In this document: one piece after another, positions 60,486 through 64,000 of the stretch | Numbering within the stretch: the stretch's first letter is position 1 | Layout of the letters: every line of letters starts with the position of its first letter | IMG/VR virus record: IMGVR_UViG_3300034158_000023 | Coordinates: 62,001 to 126,000 of that record | Reading direction: 5' to 3' (one strand) | DNA length: 64,000 nt | The notes under the pieces: model-generated | Told to the model about the DNA's origin: nothing | What the model saw: only the letters and a program-made list of their open reading frames with translations | The model's database searches: none | Translations under genes and position numbers: made by a program

Positions 60486-60516
60486 AAGCAACAGGGTTTT
60501 CCTGTTGCTTTTTTTT
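60486..60516 (+). terminator. intrinsic terminator
   Basis: AAGCAACAGG-GTTTT-CCTGTTGCTT plus T tract. Confidence 0.85.
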
Positions 60517-60581
60517 GCCCGTTTTGAATTATAATTTACTATAACCCAGTATAAGTTGTAGGAACATTTGCGGAGTTACAG

Positions 60582-62819
60582 ATGACCAGTTACGACGATA
60601 CGATACCCAGTTACGATGAACTGCCAACAGTATGGCAGATTATGGGGACTGACCCTGTAATAGAAACAGTTAATCCATTTATAATGCCTGACAGCTACTA
60701 TGTGCGTGATCTTAACATGGTTGGTAGCGCAGTAGCACAGGCGGCTTTATATCTCTCTAAACGGACTGGAGACCCTATAGAGAAGTGTTTAACTTTCATT
60801 AAAGAGGAGATGAAACCTGGCGGTAAGTTTCCTTATAAAGATCCACGCATCCAGTATCTGGATTCTACTAATGAAGGTAACCGTACTTTAAAAGAAGGTA
60901 CGATGAGTGAGTTCTTATTAGAGGTCACTGAAAAGAAATACACCTTAGCTGCTAACTTAACAGCATATAACCATCCTGATGATAAAGAATCATTTACTGC
61001 TATGTATGCAGTAGGTGAGTATGCTAACCGTAAAGCCAACAAAGATAAACAACATCACTACGACCTGCTAGGCGACTCAGTGATGAAAGGTATCTACAAC
61101 AATCGCCAGAACCGTAACAAAATAAAACTAAACAGTATCTCTGGTGCCCACAACACAACCTCTAGCGCGTTATTCTGTCGTTCTACTCACAGTACTTTAA
61201 CTAGTACTACTCGTTGTGGTACTTCTAACACTAACGCTATGTTAGAACGTTTATTAGCAGGTAACAGACATTATTACGACTTAAATGCCGTACTGAATAA
61301 CATCACCAGTATTATCCACCTAGTGGACTTAGAGTTAGTTCAGAAAGCTATGGACGAGTATGGATTAGTTTATCCTACTACTGATGATTGTTTTAATGTA
61401 ATCAAACGTTCTACTGATTTATACTGGCAATGTAAAGATACCTCAGCAGAAACTGAGATTCGTGCCTTGTTAGATGCATTGACTCCAGTAGAAAGAGCAG
61501 CGTATCTTTATAACTGCGACATGCATTCACTGCGTACTTTAAACGATACGTTTGTACGCAGACTGTTTAAATCGTTATTAACCATTCCAGACAAAACTAG
61601 AATTCCATTTAAAGGGGATTGGATCAAACGTTTATCTGGTGATGATAAAGCTTTCATCAGTGTTAACGCATTCAACGTGTTAACTACAAGTAACCTGAAA
61701 GAAAGTACAGACGATGATAAAGAGATTGTAGACGCTAGCGGTTATGGTATCTATGCTACCTTTACTTACTTCGCTACGTTCTTCCAGGCGTTCTGGGTTA
61801 CTAAAGCTATGCCGTTTGAGATAGCTAGCTTCCCTGATTCTATACGACGTGTAAGTATCGCTTCTGATACTGACTCAGCTATCTTCACTAACCAAGATTG
61901 GGTAGAGTGGTACTTCGGTAAGATGAACTTTGGTCATGAAGGTTTGTGTATGGCTGCTGCGACTACTTATCTGTGTTCTCAAGTAGCTCAGCATGTGTTG
62001 GTACAGATGACTAGAAACTTTGGTTGTGCTGATAGACACATACGCGAATTCCAAATGAAGAACGAATTCTTGTTTAAGTTCTTCTCGTTGACCACGATGG
62101 CTAAACATTATTTTGCGGCTAAGCACACCTGTGAAGGTATCGTGTATGACGTACCAGACTGGGAGATTAAAGGTTCTAACTTAAAGAACACGAAAGCTAC
62201 AGCTGAGTTAATGGAAAGGTCTGATGGTCTCATTAAAGAAATAGCCCACAAAGTTATGGCTGGTGAGAAGATTCAACTGATTCCTATCCTTAAGGAGATT
62301 GCAGATAAAGAAACTGAGATCATCAACAGTATCAGGTCAGGTAGTACAGAGTTCTTTGCTACAGGACAGATTAAAGACTTTAACAGTTATAAGCAGAAAG
62401 AGAATGCTCCAGCTTGGCATAATTACTTACTGTGGTTAGAAGTCTTTGCTCCTAAGTATGGACAGACTCCTCCTCCAGCTTATACTGCTATTAAGGTTAA
62501 CATCGAGTGTGATACTGGCGGTAAGATGAGAGCGTGGTTTGATGACATGCCTGATCAAGAGTTAGCTACTCGTTTCCGTGAGTTTATGCTTAGGTATAAG
62601 AAAACTGCAATGACTGCGATTTGGTTACCTTCTGATCACGTTGGTGCTCACGGTATGCCAGATGAAATCATGATGGTTGTAAACGTACGTAAGATGATTA
62701 TCGGAATGATGAAGAGCTACTACTTGATCTTAGAGTCTCTAGGGTTCCATATCCTTAACTCTAACGATACAAGATTGATCTCTGATGACTTAGCTGGGTT
62801 TACTAAGAAAGCGGCATAA
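60582..62819 (+). CDS. DNA polymerase, family-B-like polymerase subunit (phiKZ gp50-like)
   Basis: KIKLNSISG, HSTLTS, SDTDS catalytic motif, KHY, EIKG. Confidence 0.88.
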   Translation: MTSYDDTIPSYDELPTVWQIMGTDPVIETVNPFIMPDSYYVRDLNMVGSAVAQAALYLSKRTGDPIEKCLTFIKEEMKPGGKFPYKDPRIQYLDSTNEGNRTLKEGTMSEFLLEVTEKKYTLAANLTAYNHPDDKESFTAMYAVGEYANRKANKDKQHHYDLLGDSVMKGIYNNRQNRNKIKLNSISGAHNTTSSALFCRSTHSTLTSTTRCGTSNTNAMLERLLAGNRHYYDLNAVLNNITSIIHLVDLELVQKAMDEYGLVYPTTDDCFNVIKRSTDLYWQCKDTSAETEIRALLDALTPVERAAYLYNCDMHSLRTLNDTFVRRLFKSLLTIPDKTRIPFKGDWIKRLSGDDKAFISVNAFNVLTTSNLKESTDDDKEIVDASGYGIYATFTYFATFFQAFWVTKAMPFEIASFPDSIRRVSIASDTDSAIFTNQDWVEWYFGKMNFGHEGLCMAAATTYLCSQVAQHVLVQMTRNFGCADRHIREFQMKNEFLFKFFSLTTMAKHYFAAKHTCEGIVYDVPDWEIKGSNLKNTKATAELMERSDGLIKEIAHKVMAGEKIQLIPILKEIADKETEIINSIRSGSTEFFATGQIKDFNSYKQKENAPAWHNYLLWLEVFAPKYGQTPPPAYTAIKVNIECDTGGKMRAWFDDMPDQELATRFREFMLRYKKTAMTAIWLPSDHVGAHGMPDEIMMVVNVRKMIIGMMKSYYLILESLGFHILNSNDTRLISDDLAGFTKKAA

Positions 62820-62841
62820 AAGGAGCTCCTAGGAGCTCCTT
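62820..62841. terminator. bidirectional palindromic terminator
   Basis: AAGGAGCTCCTAGGAGCTCCTT between convergent genes. Confidence 0.75.
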
Positions 62842-62843
62842 GT

Positions 62844-63908
62844 TTATGAAAACAATCTGTTGTAGATGAAGTCCATCTTCATGTTTACTAATGTAGATAG
62901 GACAGAATCACTATACCAGTTCTCATTGTTTAGTCGTTTAAAGACACGCTCAAATTCTACTAAGTGTTTGGAGTTCTCTGGGTTAGGTTTACATGTCCCT
63001 AACAGAATCAGATAATCCATAGTAGTTAAGCAGGCCATTGCTTTACCTAACCTAGTCGGTGCAAAGTATGGAGTTTGTGCGTAAGCCAATCCAGTCGTGC
63101 CACTAGGTAAAGGTACAGAACTCAATACGTCTGCCCACTCGTAACTTTGCTCAGTGAACCTGTCTCGCATAGCTGTGAGAACGTCATGAGTAAAGGTCTC
63201 AGATGAGGATAAAGAAAATGGAATACGTTTTAAAGTATCAGCTGGTTTGGGATATGTACCTTCCAGTATTCTTGACAACCTGTTCAACCACGCTACGTCA
63301 TTGTGACTACGTATCATGTTTGGCAATACCCAGTTAGCTATAAACTGTCCAGTTGTTTGTGGGTTATCAGGATAAACTTTAAGTTGATACTGACGCCAGC
63401 AAATAAACATGTACATTAACATTGCTGCATCTATACCGATTACGGAGAAGCTCTCTTCGTTGGTATTAGGAACACCGTTCAACAAAGTGTAAGTGATGTC
63501 AGTTCTACCATGAGAGAAAACTTTTAATGGTTCTAACTCATACCAAGGTTTATTGCTAGTACGATCTAACTCTACGGAAAGTAATACTTCCTCGTAGCCA
63601 TAAAACCATCCTTTGCGAGCAAGTTTAGCGGAATGGATGGCTCCACCAATCTTAAGTGCGTTACATACGCTAGGAGATACGGAATCACAAATATCGAAGA
63701 ACCTTTCTTTATCACCTGACCATACCACGTTCATGGTGTTAATTAAAGTAACAAGAGGATGGTTAGATCGAACAGTCTCTCCACTAGCCCTATAATAGTC
63801 AATGGCTCGAATGGTGTTCTCGTTAATCCGTTTTTGCACATAAGACATTTTAGGAAACACTAGCGAGCGACGATTGGCATCTAGCTTAGTTTTAAATAGT
63901 TTAATCAC
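62844..63908 (-). CDS. conserved virion protein (phiKZ gp52-like)
   Basis: HPLV, VLPNM..SH.D..WLNR; convergent with DNA pol; late promoter upstream. Confidence 0.65.
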   Translation of the reverse strand: MIKLFKTKLDANRRSLVFPKMSYVQKRINENTIRAIDYYRASGETVRSNHPLVTLINTMNVVWSGDKERFFDICDSVSPSVCNALKIGGAIHSAKLARKGWFYGYEEVLLSVELDRTSNKPWYELEPLKVFSHGRTDITYTLLNGVPNTNEESFSVIGIDAAMLMYMFICWRQYQLKVYPDNPQTTGQFIANWVLPNMIRSHNDVAWLNRLSRILEGTYPKPADTLKRIPFSLSSSETFTHDVLTAMRDRFTEQSYEWADVLSSVPLPSGTTGLAYAQTPYFAPTRLGKAMACLTTMDYLILLGTCKPNPENSKHLVEFERVFKRLNNENWYSDSVLSTLVNMKMDFIYNRLFS

Positions 63909-63935
63909 GCTAATGTCCTCGAGGTTTAATGAATC

Positions 63936-63946
63936 TACATACGATA
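63936..63946 (-). promoter_or_regulatory. late promoter TATCGTATGTA
   Basis: Identical to 50614-50624. Confidence 0.65.
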
Positions 63947-63963
63947 GCTTTAACCTGTAATAA

Positions 63964-63986
63964 TTTACACAGAGTATCTATTATAT
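63964..63986 (+). repeat. 23-bp element identical to 21906-21928, probable promoter of the next gene beyond the window
   Basis: Exact sequence identity. Confidence 0.8.
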
Positions 63987-64000
63987 GTAACTAAACGAAT

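Larger units (their letters stand above)
59981..60516 (+). ncRNA. candidate large multi-helix structured RNA
   Basis: 5' GGACGA pairs with TCGTCC 60439-60444, enclosing five abutting helical domains with G-U wobbles; promoter-like sequence before and terminator after. Confidence 0.6.

Overview
AT-rich segment of a phiKZ-like (probably nucleus-forming, Chimalliviridae-type) jumbo myophage genome. About 1-27 kb is a + strand early/middle accessory region. It carries ThyA, a DEDD exonuclease, a MazG-like NTP pyrophosphatase, NAD-dependent DNA ligase, a QueC-like protein, several Ntn-hydrolase (proteasome-beta/HslV-like) paralogues and many hypotheticals. About 27-55 kb is morphogenesis: tail tube and sheath, baseplate-type genes interrupted by an ~11-kb array of paralogous tail-fibre-like genes, and the large terminase. 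About 55-64 kb holds PhuZ tubulin, a small-gene cluster and a family-B-like DNA polymerase. The most striking unexplained signals are: (1) a likely late-promoter small RNA (56434-56511) whose unpaired core is the exact complement of the AAATAAAAGGAA leader found before more than 20 early/middle genes; (2) a ~465-535-nt multi-helix structured RNA upstream of the DNA polymerase; (3) a ~170-nt structured antisense-strand RNA with its own promoter and terminator; (4) a tandemly duplicated three-gene cassette encoding a GxGC-tailed small protein plus a pair of Ntn-fold proteins. All homology calls come from motif recognition and synteny recalled from phiKZ-like phages, and all folds were done by eye. 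No searches were run.
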